From: Alphaproteobacteria bacterium
GTDB lineage: Bacteria; Pseudomonadota; Alphaproteobacteria; UBA828
Direction of reading: 5' to 3'
Length of the DNA stretch: 64,000 bases
Assembly (NCBI GenBank): GCA_965221125.1
Contig: CBDCRW010000004.1
Span: 640,001-704,000 of the forward strand
Below the pieces are notes generated by a model. It saw nothing but the letters and a program-made list of their open reading frames with translations. It had not been told where the DNA came from and searched no databases. Both the position numbers and the translations under genes were made by a program. The first letter of the stretch is position 1. The number at the start of each line of letters is the position of its first letter. Of this stretch, positions 18,301-26,569 are shown piece after piece.

Positions 18301-19845
18301 CAGGCTCTCGCCGTCCTTCGGGCAGCGGTGGACGGTCTCCCACTGGGAGTCGATCCGGTACTCCGCCGCGAGATGGCGCGAATGGGCCTCGCCCGCCAGC
18401 ACGACGCTCTCGAGCTGGGCATCGGACAGCATGCCGTCCGTTACCACGCGTTCCGGCAGCATCGGCCGCCAGGCCGGTACCGGATGGGGCACGGCGGCCA
18501 TGGCGGCGGACTGCACCAGCGGCGTCGGATGCTCGACCGCGCCCGGCACCCGCACCGCACGCGGCCGCCAGGGAGCGTAGGGACCCGCGTCGGCGGCCGA
18601 CGATTCGGCATCGGCGGTCGCTGTCTCCACCGGCCCGGTCTCGACGACCAGTTCCGATACCGGTCCCCAGTCATGGGCCTGCCGCGTCTCGGGCGTAGAT
18701 ACGGGCTTCTGACCCCGCCGCTTCTCGGTCTTCGGCGCTACCGGCTTGCCGAACAAGTCGCGCGCGGGGCCGGACTGGACCGGGGCGGACGCGATCGGCT
18801 GCCGCTTCGGTACCCGCGCGATGACGGCATCGAGTAGTTCGGCGGCGTTCTCGGCGCGTGCCGTTCCGTCCAGTTCGACAGCGGGTCCGGCGCCGCGCTC
18901 CAGCACGGTGAGGCGGGTGTCGAATCCGGTGCCCCGGCGGGCATAGGCCCGGCCGTCGATCGCCATGGTGAAGACGCAGCGGGCCGGCGGGTCGAGACGG
19001 CCGACGGTGTCGCCCGGCGCGCAATGGGCCGACGTGATCGTCACCAGCCGGCCGCCCGGCGGCAGCATCGAGGCGGCGGAGCGGACATGGCGGAGGTCGG
19101 CGTCGCGGGTGGTGCGGTCGACGCCGGGCGTTGCCGAAAACGGCGGGTTCATCAGGACCACCGTCGGCCGGACGTCGCGCAGCCGGTCCGCGATCGTCTC
19201 GGCGTTGAACGCGGTGACCACCGCCTCGGGGAAGAGCTGCGTCAGCAACCGCGCCCTGGTCTGCGCGTATTCGTTGAGGTGGAGATTGCCTGTGGCGGAG
19301 TTGCCGAGCGCGCACTGCGCCATGACGGCCAGCATCCCGGTGCCGGCGGAGGGTTCCAGCACGACATCGCCCGGCCGGATGGCGGCGGCCTGTAGCGCGG
19401 CATAGGCGAGCGGCAGCGGCGTCGAGAACTGCTGGAGGCGGACCTGCTGCTCGGAGCGCCTGGTATGCGAGGGCTCCAGCGCCGCGAGGGCCTCCAGCAT
19501 CGCCAGCATGCGGCGCGTGCCGTCAATACCGGCGCCCGCATTGCGCCGCATGCCCCGGCCGTAGCGCTGCATGAAGATCACGACGGCCGCTTCGGCGGCC
19601 TCGTAGGCATCCTTCCAGACCCAGGCGCCCTCGGCGTCGGTGGCGCCGAAGGCATCCGTCATGGCGGCCCGCAGCGTTGCGGCATCGAGCGGACGTCCGG
19701 CCTCCAGCACCGGCAGCAGGGTTCGGGCCGCGGCGAACAGGGCGTCGCCCGCGATCGGGCGGGCCGGCGATGCGGCCGGGTCGGTGGGGACGGCGGGAGG
19801 AAGAGAACGCGCGAGGGCGTCCGGCGCCGGATGGGCGTCGAGCAT
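15304..19845 (-). CDS. N6-adenine methyltransferase-strawberry notch (SF2-like) helicase fusion
   Basis: LEPSAGTG and NPPF MTase motifs; GDGTGCGKGRQ, DEAH, SATG, AGGTGRSYHAD, QGLGRTHR. Confidence 0.92.
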   Translation of the reverse strand: MLDAHPAPDALARSLPPAVPTDPAASPARPIAGDALFAAARTLLPVLEAGRPLDAATLRAAMTDAFGATDAEGAWVWKDAYEAAEAAVVIFMQRYGRGMRRNAGAGIDGTRRMLAMLEALAALEPSHTRRSEQQVRLQQFSTPLPLAYAALQAAAIRPGDVVLEPSAGTGMLAVMAQCALGNSATGNLHLNEYAQTRARLLTQLFPEAVVTAFNAETIADRLRDVRPTVVLMNPPFSATPGVDRTTRDADLRHVRSAASMLPPGGRLVTITSAHCAPGDTVGRLDPPARCVFTMAIDGRAYARRGTGFDTRLTVLERGAGPAVELDGTARAENAAELLDAVIARVPKRQPIASAPVQSGPARDLFGKPVAPKTEKRRGQKPVSTPETRQAHDWGPVSELVVETGPVETATADAESSAADAGPYAPWRPRAVRVPGAVEHPTPLVQSAAMAAVPHPVPAWRPMLPERVVTDGMLSDAQLESVVLAGEAHSRHLAAEYRIDSQWETVHRCPKDGESLPRTGSGEEIDTSLVTQESLPRTGSGGETLSEPVRFRRGWMLGDGTGCGKGRQVAAIILDHRLRGRKRALWLSQSDKLLEDARRDWTALGGLESDVIPLGNFRQGMEIPLDEGILFATYATLRSPSRQGKPSRLDQIVEWLAGSLDEEDRHAFDGVIVFDEAHAMANAAGSKSERGETKPSQQGRAGLRLQNALPDARIAYISATGATTVPGLAYAGRLGLWGAGETPFEKRVEFVSAMEAGGVAAMEVVARDLKALGLYQARALAYDGIEVGILEHPLTPEQRRIYDAYAGAFKVIHANIEEALKATGIVQGEDTLNKNAKAAALSAFEGTKQRFFGHLLTGMKCPSTIRAIEADLAAGRSAVVQLVSTGEALMERRIADVPASEWDDLNIDLTPRDAILSYLMHAFPVQLQEPFTDDAGNLLSRPARDDDGNPVICKEAEDRRDALIEKLAALPPVPTALDQIVQHFGHEAVAEVTGRSRRVVRIVDAKGERLSLRSRPTSANLAETAAFMDGSKRILVFSMAGGTGRSYHADLSCGNTERRIHYLLEPGWRADQAIQGLGRTHRTHQASAPLFRPVTTDVKGERRFIATIARRLDSLGAITRGQRDSQTAMGGSDAALFRESDNLESPYAKAALRQFYGALWRGSIQGWTLERFEKATGLKLTWEGSLKEDLPPMPRFLNRLLALPIAEQNQLFAELEARIAANIEQAIEAGSYEVGVETVTADSLAVAGRETLYEHPGTGAATELVEIVRRDRLVPLTADAALEIGERDPGPDGKPRLAVNARSKRAAVVLPAASRMLDDGGVKERVRLIRPATAETMAKAELDASNWRRADEAGWRRVWDAEIAGLPSHRDSRFWLASGLLLPVWDRLPAENMRVRRLTSDDGIALIGRVLDAEQVRSVRAGFGLDGGPAMTGAEAFAAVMERGTALSLANGWRLARRRLMGADRVEIEGPADTDMAALKRMGCTVEIVSFRARIFAPNAGVLERVLERWPLAA
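18225..18309. repeat. Two in-frame copies of the palindromic mini-repeat, each encoding ESLPRTGSG
   Basis: ccccggatccagtccggggcaggctctc and ccccggatccggtccggggcaggctctc. Confidence 0.85.
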
Positions 19846-19911
19846 GGCAGGCTCCGTGCTGGAATGGACCGGGCAGGTCGGCGGCGCGGCACGGAACTCC
19901 CGCCCCGCTTC

Positions 19912-19953
19912 GCCGGACCGCCCAAGGCCGGCTGACCGGACTCCCGCCGGCGC
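19912..19953. repeat. Conserved intergenic repeat (copies at 20688-20729, degenerate at ~25485)
   Basis: 28-bp GGCCGGCTGACCGGACTCCCGCCGGCGC identical at 19926 and 20702, both preceded by GCCGGACC. Confidence 0.8.
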
Positions 19954-20062
19954 AATGCGCGCCCGTGAAACCCCACGCAAGCGCGGCTGGTGTATGCGTT
20001 CAGGAAGGTGTGGGAGCGCCTGGGGAGCCCGCGCCGCTCAGGGCGGGCTCAGGCGGGACGGG

Positions 20063-20296
20063 TCAGCGCAAGGCGCGGGCGATATGGCCCGCATAGACGC
20101 CGACGGCCCGCCAGTAGCAGGCCATGGGACCCTTGTGCCGGCGCCACTGGAGCTCGGCGCGGTGCTGCGCGTCCTTGCGGAGGTCAAGCAGGGTCAGCCG
20201 TAGGGCGTGGCGCGCGGAAGGCGGCAGCGACCGGAAGCGCGCGAGCCAGGCGTGTTTCAGGTCGGCGTCGGCGCGGTGGATGACGGAGCGCGACAT
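20063..20296 (-). CDS. Hypothetical protein (77 aa)
   Basis: ORF in backbone orientation; WRRHKGPMACYW. Confidence 0.65.
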   Translation of the reverse strand: MSRSVIHRADADLKHAWLARFRSLPPSARHALRLTLLDLRKDAQHRAELQWRRHKGPMACYWRAVGVYAGHIARALR

Positions 20297-20300
20297 GGGG

Positions 20301-20489
20301 CTAACCGGAGAGCCGGTCGGCGCGCTCTGCGGCGATCGCCTCGCGATTCATTTCGGCCTGCTCGGCCCGGTCCTCGGCCGTGAGGCCGTCGGCGTCGGTC
20401 GGCTGCTAGGACGTCGAGCCGCAGCCGGGGCACCAGAGGATGTTGTGCTCGGGTCCGCGGTCGCCGCAGTCGGTGCATTTCCAGCCCAT
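20301..20489 (-). pseudogene. Small Zn-ribbon protein (CxxC...CxxC) with an internal TAG
   Basis: AAGGAG RBS, MGWKCTDC...WCPGCGSTS*QPTDADG...; in-frame TAG at 20406-20408; absent from the ORF track. Confidence 0.55.
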
Positions 20490-20770
20490 GCCGGTCTCCT
20501 TTCGGTGTGAATTGGCTTCCCCGAAACGTCTCTCTCCTCATGGGAGCGCGCGGCGCCCGGGCGGAGGGGAGAAACACCGCCCGGACGAAGCGCGAGATGC
20601 CGGATCACCTCCTTTCGCTGTGGAGCCTGCGGGGCGAGAAACCGTCGCCGGGCAGGGGTGCGGCGCGAGTCCTCCCGCCCCGACCCCGCCGGACCACCCC
20701 CGGCCGGCTGACCGGACTCCCGCCGGCGCGAGGCGCGCCGGGGAAACCCGGCGCGGGACGTGCGGCGCCG

Positions 20771-21193
20771 TCAGACGAAATACTCGCCTGCCGCCGTGAA
20801 GGTGGACTCGTTGGCAGTGAGGGTCTCGTCGATCGCCTCGTCCGAGGTCAGGTGCTCGTACTCGGCGCGAAGCTGGCGGTAGAGCCAGCGCGCGAGATCG
20901 CGCATGGCCTCGATCACCGTGTCCTCGGCACCGTCAGTCGGCGGCTGCCAGGTCGCGCTGTCGCGCTCGACCTCGATGGACATGGTGTATTCGTGGTAGT
21001 AGCGGCCCTGCTGCCTGATGGTACTGTGCAGGGAATAGAAATTGCGCTTCTGGGCGGTCTGCAAGGCGTCGGCGATGCGGTGCAACTCGTCATCCCTGGG
21101 CGCGTGAGCGCGGATGGCGCGGGCCGCTCCCCGGGCGTGGGCATACGTACCTTCGAACGACGCTCCGTCTCCCTGCGACCAGAATCCGCTCCA
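20771..21193 (-). pseudogene. 3' half of a conserved ICE/plasmid protein (often labelled antitoxin of a TA stability system), split by the RIT element
   Basis: SGFWSQGDGASF...LARWLYRQL continues in frame from the 24636-24867 fragment. Confidence 0.8.
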
Positions 21194-21217
21194 ATGCCGA
21201 TATCGGCATTGGAGCGG
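21186..21217. repeat. Perfect 32-bp palindrome at the RIT left junction
   Basis: CCGCTCCAATGCCGATATCGGCATTGGAGCGG equals its own reverse complement. Confidence 0.95.
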
Positions 21218-21374
21218 TTGAACCGAGAACAGGACTATGCCGCGTTCGTCAGCTAAGGCATTGATTTCCCCCACAATGGTGTAGGCGTTATCGGCATATT
21301 CACAGGGTTGGTTGCGCGTCCGGATTTCCTGATGGTCCTTCTCTCCCTTCACCACGAAGGGAGAGAAGCGAACA

Positions 21375-22619
21375 ATGTCGAACGTCGAGAAGTCTTCGAA
21401 GCCGAGCGAGACGGGCTGGCTCATGCCGTACCGGCACGCCTACCTGGGCGAACTCGACAAGCTCGGTTACACCGCGCGTACGATCAGCAGGCACGCGGCG
21501 AGCGTAAACGCCTTCATCGCACAGGTGGACCTTCGCCAAGTCGGTTCAGGAGAGATCGACGCAACCGCGCTCGCGGAGGTTCGAGCTGCTGTTCCCGAAC
21601 TGCGGTCGACCGACGAGCAACGCCAACGCCGGTGGTGCATCGCGCAGTTCACGGCCTGGCTCGCAAGTACCGGCGTAATCGACCCGCTGATACCTCCTCC
21701 TCCGCCGGCACCGGGATCGCTGGAACACCTCACGGCTGCATACGGCGACTGGATGCGTCAACAGCAGGGACTGGGCGAGGGAACGATTGAGGTTCGCGAG
21801 TCTGCTCTCAGGCGCTTCATGGCCTTCCGCTTCGGTGCCGTCCCGGGCGATCTGGATGACATCACCGCGGATGACATCAGGGGATTCCTCAACCTGCCCT
21901 CAGCGCGGAAAGGGCACGGGCCCGGAATAATCACGCGGGCATCGCACCTGCGGAACATCTTCAGGTTCCTGTACGCAACCGGTCGCACTCGGCTGAACCT
22001 CGCCCTCTGCGTTCCCGGCATCCCGAGACGGGCCCCGCGCCTATCACGCCACCTGTCCGCCGGCGAGGTACGGCAACTGGTCGACGCGGTTCACGAGGAC
22101 AACGGCTTCGGCCGACGTAACCGCGCGATGCTGCTTCTGATGGCGCGGCTCGGGCTGCGACCCAAGGAGGTGGCCGCAATACGGCTCGACGACATCAACT
22201 GGGCGGCGGGGGAAATCGTCGTCCGCGGCAAGGGCGGGCAGCACGAGCGCATGCCGCTCCCCACCGATGTCGGAGAGGCCATCGTTGCCTACATCTGCGA
22301 TGGCCGTGCCGGCAACACGCGGCATCTGTTTGTCTCCGCGCGAGCTCCCCACAGGCCGGTGACATCCCAGACAATCAACAGGACGCTCAGCCGGGCCTTC
22401 GCAAGGACAGAGCTGGAGCCGCCCAACGGCGAGATCCGGTGCCACCTAATGCGCCATTCCCTGGCCGTCGCCATGCTGGGCCGAGGCGCATCGCTGGGGG
22501 AAGTGGGCGAGGTGCTGCGCCACCGCTCCCTTCGGACGACTACGACCTACGCCCGCTACGACTTCCAGGCCCTGCGGTCGGTCGCCCGCCCGTGGCCGGT
22601 GCCGGGAGAGAGCCGATGA
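21375..22619 (+). CDS. RIT tyrosine recombinase A
   Basis: LGLRPKE, GKG, HLMRH, LRH, TTTY. Confidence 0.92.
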   Translation: MSNVEKSSKPSETGWLMPYRHAYLGELDKLGYTARTISRHAASVNAFIAQVDLRQVGSGEIDATALAEVRAAVPELRSTDEQRQRRWCIAQFTAWLASTGVIDPLIPPPPPAPGSLEHLTAAYGDWMRQQQGLGEGTIEVRESALRRFMAFRFGAVPGDLDDITADDIRGFLNLPSARKGHGPGIITRASHLRNIFRFLYATGRTRLNLALCVPGIPRRAPRLSRHLSAGEVRQLVDAVHEDNGFGRRNRAMLLLMARLGLRPKEVAAIRLDDINWAAGEIVVRGKGGQHERMPLPTDVGEAIVAYICDGRAGNTRHLFVSARAPHRPVTSQTINRTLSRAFARTELEPPNGEIRCHLMRHSLAVAMLGRGASLGEVGEVLRHRSLRTTTTYARYDFQALRSVARPWPVPGESR

Positions 22620-23563
22620 CGACCTTCATCGAACACCTCGAAGAATACATCGCCGAACGTCGTCATTACGGCGGTGACTGGTCTGTCGTCCAATGGAACT
22701 TGCGCCCGTTGGCCGCCTTCGCAGATGCCGAGGGTGCGGAATGGATTACGGTTGACCTGATCCTGCGCTGTAAGGAGCAGTACCTTCCTGCGAGTTCCAT
22801 AAGTTGGAGCAACCGGCTGAGCTCGGCGCGCGGCTTTACGGCTTGGCTCAAGGCCCGTGACCCCCGAACGGAAGTCCCACCCAAGGGGCTGGTTCCCAGG
22901 CGTTATCAGCGCCCGGCACCCTACATCTACTCCGATGACGAGATCGTCCAGATCGTCACCGAGGCCGCGAAGCTGCCGTCTCCGCGTGGGTTACTAGGAA
23001 AGACCCTTGCCACACTGTTCGGCCTGCTGGCTGCTAGCGGGCTGCGAATCGGCGAGGCACTCGGGCTTGACGATCGGGACGTCGACCTCGACGCCGCCGT
23101 CCTGCATGTAAGCAACGCCAAGAACGGCGATGGCCGATTTATCCCGATAACGGACTGTACTGCCGATCGCCTCAGCACCTACCGCGGCGAGCGGAACCGG
23201 GTTCTCGGCACCGCGCCGACAGCGTTCTTCACCAGCGACAGCGGGAAACGGCTGAGAAAACTTACGGCGGAGCAGAAGTTCGCAAGGCTCGGTCAGGCGA
23301 TCGGCCTGCGGGAGACACCGGTCGGAGGCGGATATGGCCGCGGTCCCCGCCTCCACGACATGCGTCACACCTTTGCCACCAAGACGATTATCGACTGGTT
23401 CCGAGCGGGACGCGACCCTGACCATGAGATGTACAAGTTGAGCACATACCTGGGCCACAAGGATCCGACTGGGACCTACTGGTACATCGAGGCGGTGCCC
23501 GAACTCCTGCAACTCGTCAGTGAGCGCGCCGAGCGGAGCTTCACCGAAGGAGAGGCATCATGA
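22616..23563 (+). CDS. RIT tyrosine recombinase B
   Basis: ATGA overlap at 22616; SGLRIGE, HDMRHTFA, YLGH, YWY. Confidence 0.92.
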   Translation: MTTFIEHLEEYIAERRHYGGDWSVVQWNLRPLAAFADAEGAEWITVDLILRCKEQYLPASSISWSNRLSSARGFTAWLKARDPRTEVPPKGLVPRRYQRPAPYIYSDDEIVQIVTEAAKLPSPRGLLGKTLATLFGLLAASGLRIGEALGLDDRDVDLDAAVLHVSNAKNGDGRFIPITDCTADRLSTYRGERNRVLGTAPTAFFTSDSGKRLRKLTAEQKFARLGQAIGLRETPVGGGYGRGPRLHDMRHTFATKTIIDWFRAGRDPDHEMYKLSTYLGHKDPTGTYWYIEAVPELLQLVSERAERSFTEGEAS

Positions 23564-24555
23564 CTTCGTACCCGCTCCCCATCCTCGTGGAACGCTTCTT
23601 TACCGACCGCCTCGCGAACCAGTTGGACGCCACGCCCAACACGGTGGACAGCTATCGCCGTAGCTTCGTGCTGCTTCTGAGGTTCGCACGTGACCGTCTC
23701 GGCCGCGATCCAACTGACATGCTTGTCACCGACATTGATGCCGAGCTCGTCGGGGAGTTCCTCGACCACATCGAAACCGAGCGCGGCAACACTGCCCGCA
23801 GTCGCAACACCAGACTGACAGCGGTCCGCTCCTTCTTCAGCTTCGTTGCCATCAACGAACCGGGGCTCCTCCACCACTGCCAACAGGTGCTCGCCCTGCC
23901 CGCAAAGCGCTACGAGCGGCCGGCGCTCTCGTATCTTGAGCACGACGAGATCGAGGCGCTCCTCGCTGCCCCCAATATTGCGACATGGTACGGGCGGCGG
24001 GACAGGACCATCCTCCACCTCTTCGTGCAGACCGGCCTGAGGGTCTCGGAGTTGATCGGCCTCGACTGTGGTGATGTCGATCTCGGAACCGGCGCCCATG
24101 TCAGCTGCTGCGGCAAGGGACGCAAGCGACGGAAAACGCCTTTGAGGAAGGACACGGTGGAGTCGCTCCAGGGCTGGCTTGAGGAACGCGGCGGAGCCGA
24201 TGACCAGCCATTGTTCGTGAGCAACCGCAACGGTCGTCTCAGCCGGGACGCGGTCGAGCGAATCGTCCACAAGTACGCCGCGCTGGCATCCAAGGAATGT
24301 CCAGCGCTCAAGGGCAAGAGGATAAGTCCCCACTGCCTTCGACACACTGCGGCGATGACGCTGCGTCACCGCGGTGTCGGCGGCACGTTGATCGCGCTGT
24401 ACCTGGGGCACGAGTCTGTCGCGACGACGAGCATCTACCTTCACGCGGACATGAAACTGAAGGAGAAAGTCCTGGAACGGACGAAGCCGATTGAGGCGCC
24501 GAGCGGACGATACAGGCCCGGAGACGCGCTTCTGGCGTTCCTCGAATCCCTATGA
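23560..24555 (+). CDS. RIT tyrosine recombinase C
   Basis: TGLRVSE, GKGRK, HCLRH, LGHE, TSIY. Confidence 0.92.
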   Translation: MTSYPLPILVERFFTDRLANQLDATPNTVDSYRRSFVLLLRFARDRLGRDPTDMLVTDIDAELVGEFLDHIETERGNTARSRNTRLTAVRSFFSFVAINEPGLLHHCQQVLALPAKRYERPALSYLEHDEIEALLAAPNIATWYGRRDRTILHLFVQTGLRVSELIGLDCGDVDLGTGAHVSCCGKGRKRRKTPLRKDTVESLQGWLEERGGADDQPLFVSNRNGRLSRDAVERIVHKYAALASKECPALKGKRISPHCLRHTAAMTLRHRGVGGTLIALYLGHESVATTSIYLHADMKLKEKVLERTKPIEAPSGRYRPGDALLAFLESL

Positions 24556-24635
24556 ATATGCCGATAACTCTGGCGCAGCTCTGAGTGAAATCAATGCCTT
24601 AGGCCGTGAACGCGGCATAGTCCAGTTCTCGGCAT

Positions 24636-24867
24636 ATCCGGTCCAGAACAAGTGCGGCTTGTCCCGCGTTCCGCCGCCATAGAGGCGCACCGGGCTGGTG
24701 CGCAGCGTCACGCCGAGGATTCCGCATATCGTCTGGAAATCCTCGTAGACGAAATCGTACCACTCGTAGTCGAGGCAGGACTCGCGATACCAGGCGCGGG
24801 CGGCTTCCTTCGCGGCGTCCGAAAGCTCGTCGATCGTGTAGACCGTGATCTCGACGACCTGGGGCAT
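24636..24867 (-). pseudogene. 5' half of the RIT-interrupted gene
   Basis: GAGGAG RBS; MPQVVEITVYTIDELSDAAKEAARAWYR...KPHLFW. Confidence 0.8.
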
Positions 24868-24870
24868 GGG

Positions 24871-25404
24871 TCAACACTCCTCGGGACGGGGGTTGCGGGG
24901 GATGCTGCCGCCGGCGACGCGCACGAACCGGACCGCCTCCTGGATGCGGCGGAGCGCGACGCGGTCGTGATCGGGATTGGCGCGGGACCAGGTGACCGGC
25001 CGGCGCGCGTACCAGGCTCCCGAATCCGCAACCTGCCCTTCGGCGTATGCGACGAAGTGTTTGCTGGCTGAAATCGCCCACGTCCCGGCGGGTGCGGCGT
25101 CGAGGAAGGTGCCGAGCGTGATCGCGCGTACGTCAAAGGGAACATCCGCGAAGATGCGCTCCCAGACTTCCTCCCGCCGGGCGAAACGGCGGTTGCGGTA
25201 TTTCGGATGGCGGAGAGCGTAATCCGGCGTCCAACCGAACTCCGCCAGCGCGGCGGCGAGCTCGTCGATGAAGACGCCGTTGACCGAGGGGCGGTCGAAC
25301 AGGCGGCGGATGACGGCGGCGGCCTCGTGGGTGAGCACGCCGGCGATCGCGGAAATCGCGGACGGGCCGCACTTCGTGGCGCGGCCGGTGATGCGGTGGA
25401 GCAT
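24871..25404 (-). CDS. Hypothetical protein (177 aa)
   Basis: GGAGA RBS; CGPSAISAIAG...HF..Y pattern reminiscent of a papain-like fold (weak). Confidence 0.65.
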   Translation of the reverse strand: MLHRITGRATKCGPSAISAIAGVLTHEAAAVIRRLFDRPSVNGVFIDELAAALAEFGWTPDYALRHPKYRNRRFARREEVWERIFADVPFDVRAITLGTFLDAAPAGTWAISASKHFVAYAEGQVADSGAWYARRPVTWSRANPDHDRVALRRIQEAVRFVRVAGGSIPRNPRPEEC

Positions 25405-25575
25405 GGCGGTCTCCGTGCTGGAACGGACATGGCGGGAGTCCGGCGCGGGGGGTCCTCCCGCGCGGGCCCGCCGGCCTGCCCTGCGCCGGCTGTCCGGACT
25501 CCGGGCGGCGAGAGGCGTGAAGAAGGGGAAGGTGCGCCGGCGCGGGCGGCGGAAGGCTCAGGCCGCCGGCCGGGA

Positions 25576-26052
25576 TCACCAGCGCTGCGCGTCGAGGTGG
25601 CGCAGCGCGGCGGCGGTGAGCTCGCGAATCTCGGCGTAGGAACGCTCGTCGGAATCGTTCCACTCGATGAGGCTGTTGAGGTGCGGCTCGAAATCCGCTG
25701 CGTCCTGTTCCCGGGCGCTGGTGTCGATGCCGGCGAGCCGGGTGTAGACGGCGCAGATGGTCTCGGAGGCCTCGCCGGTATGGGACGGGTCGTAGTGGAG
25801 CACCGAACCGGTGTGGATGCGGATGGCCGCGCCGAGGCAGAAGCAGCGCGGGCTCTCCGGCGAGGCGAGGCGGAACGCGGGACGGTGGCGAACCTCGTCG
25901 TTGTCGACGACATGGAAGCCGCCGTCGAACTCGATGACGTCGCCGTCGTCGTCGCGGCCCCACCCACCCTGGTGCCAGCGCTTGGGGAGGTCGAAGGTTT
26001 CGTGGACGCGGCGGGCGATCTCGAGCTGCTGCTCGGGGCTGAGAATCGGCAT
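25576..26052 (-). CDS. DUF6197-like protein
   Basis: WHQG...CFCLGAAI...LIEWND..RSYAEI pattern. Confidence 0.65.
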   Translation of the reverse strand: MPILSPEQQLEIARRVHETFDLPKRWHQGGWGRDDDGDVIEFDGGFHVVDNDEVRHRPAFRLASPESPRCFCLGAAIRIHTGSVLHYDPSHTGEASETICAVYTRLAGIDTSAREQDAADFEPHLNSLIEWNDSDERSYAEIRELTAAALRHLDAQRW

Positions 26053-26104
26053 GGTCGTTGCTCCCGTGAATGGGTGCGGCGGGTGGAGAGGGGCGGAAGC
26101 GCGC

Positions 26105-26521
26105 TCAGTCGTCTTCGGGCCACATGATGGTGATGACGGGCTCATCCTGGTCCCCGCCGCCGATCGCCACGATGGGGCAGTGCCTGCGGGGTGGCCGGTT
26201 GCTGTCGCGAAGGTCCTTGCGGATATCGCGCACCAGCACGCACATGGTCACGCGGTCGCTGTTCGAGGCGCGGAGCGCGTAGTAGCGCGCCATCCAGAGC
26301 ACGTCCCAGAGACGCCCGCGCTCGTCCTGGTAACCGCGGTATCCGTCGGGCAGGGCGACCAGGCGTTCCCACACGGCGCGAGAGAGTGCGACGGGAATCC
26401 TGAACCCCGCCTCGCGCGCGGTCTCGGAGACATCGACGAGGACGCCGTCCTCGATCGCCTGGGCGCGAGTGTAGGAGAAGATCACGGGACCGAATGGGGA
26501 GGCGTTGGCGGGTTCGGGCAT
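26105..26521 (-). CDS. DUF6573-like protein
   Basis: SYTRAQAIEDGVLVDV...QDERGRLWDVLWM. Confidence 0.8.
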   Translation of the reverse strand: MPEPANASPFGPVIFSYTRAQAIEDGVLVDVSETAREAGFRIPVALSRAVWERLVALPDGYRGYQDERGRLWDVLWMARYYALRASNSDRVTMCVLVRDIRKDLRDSNRPPRRHCPIVAIGGGDQDEPVITIMWPEDD

Positions 26522-26569
26522 GGTCGGGCTCCTTGCGGATGAGAGAAGGAAGCGGTGGCTGCGGGCCGG

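Larger units (their letters stand above)
21184..24645 (+). mobile_element. RIT (recombinase-in-trio) element
   Basis: Three overlapping tyrosine recombinases; ~85-bp imperfect IRs at 21223-21307 and 24548-24632; flanking cores ATCCGCTCCA / ATCCGGTCCA; interrupts a gene. Confidence 0.92.

Noticed and set aside
20771-21424. Single intact 217-aa ORF
   Set aside because: Its N-terminus is read from the RIT inverted repeat; the real 5' half lies at 24636-24867.
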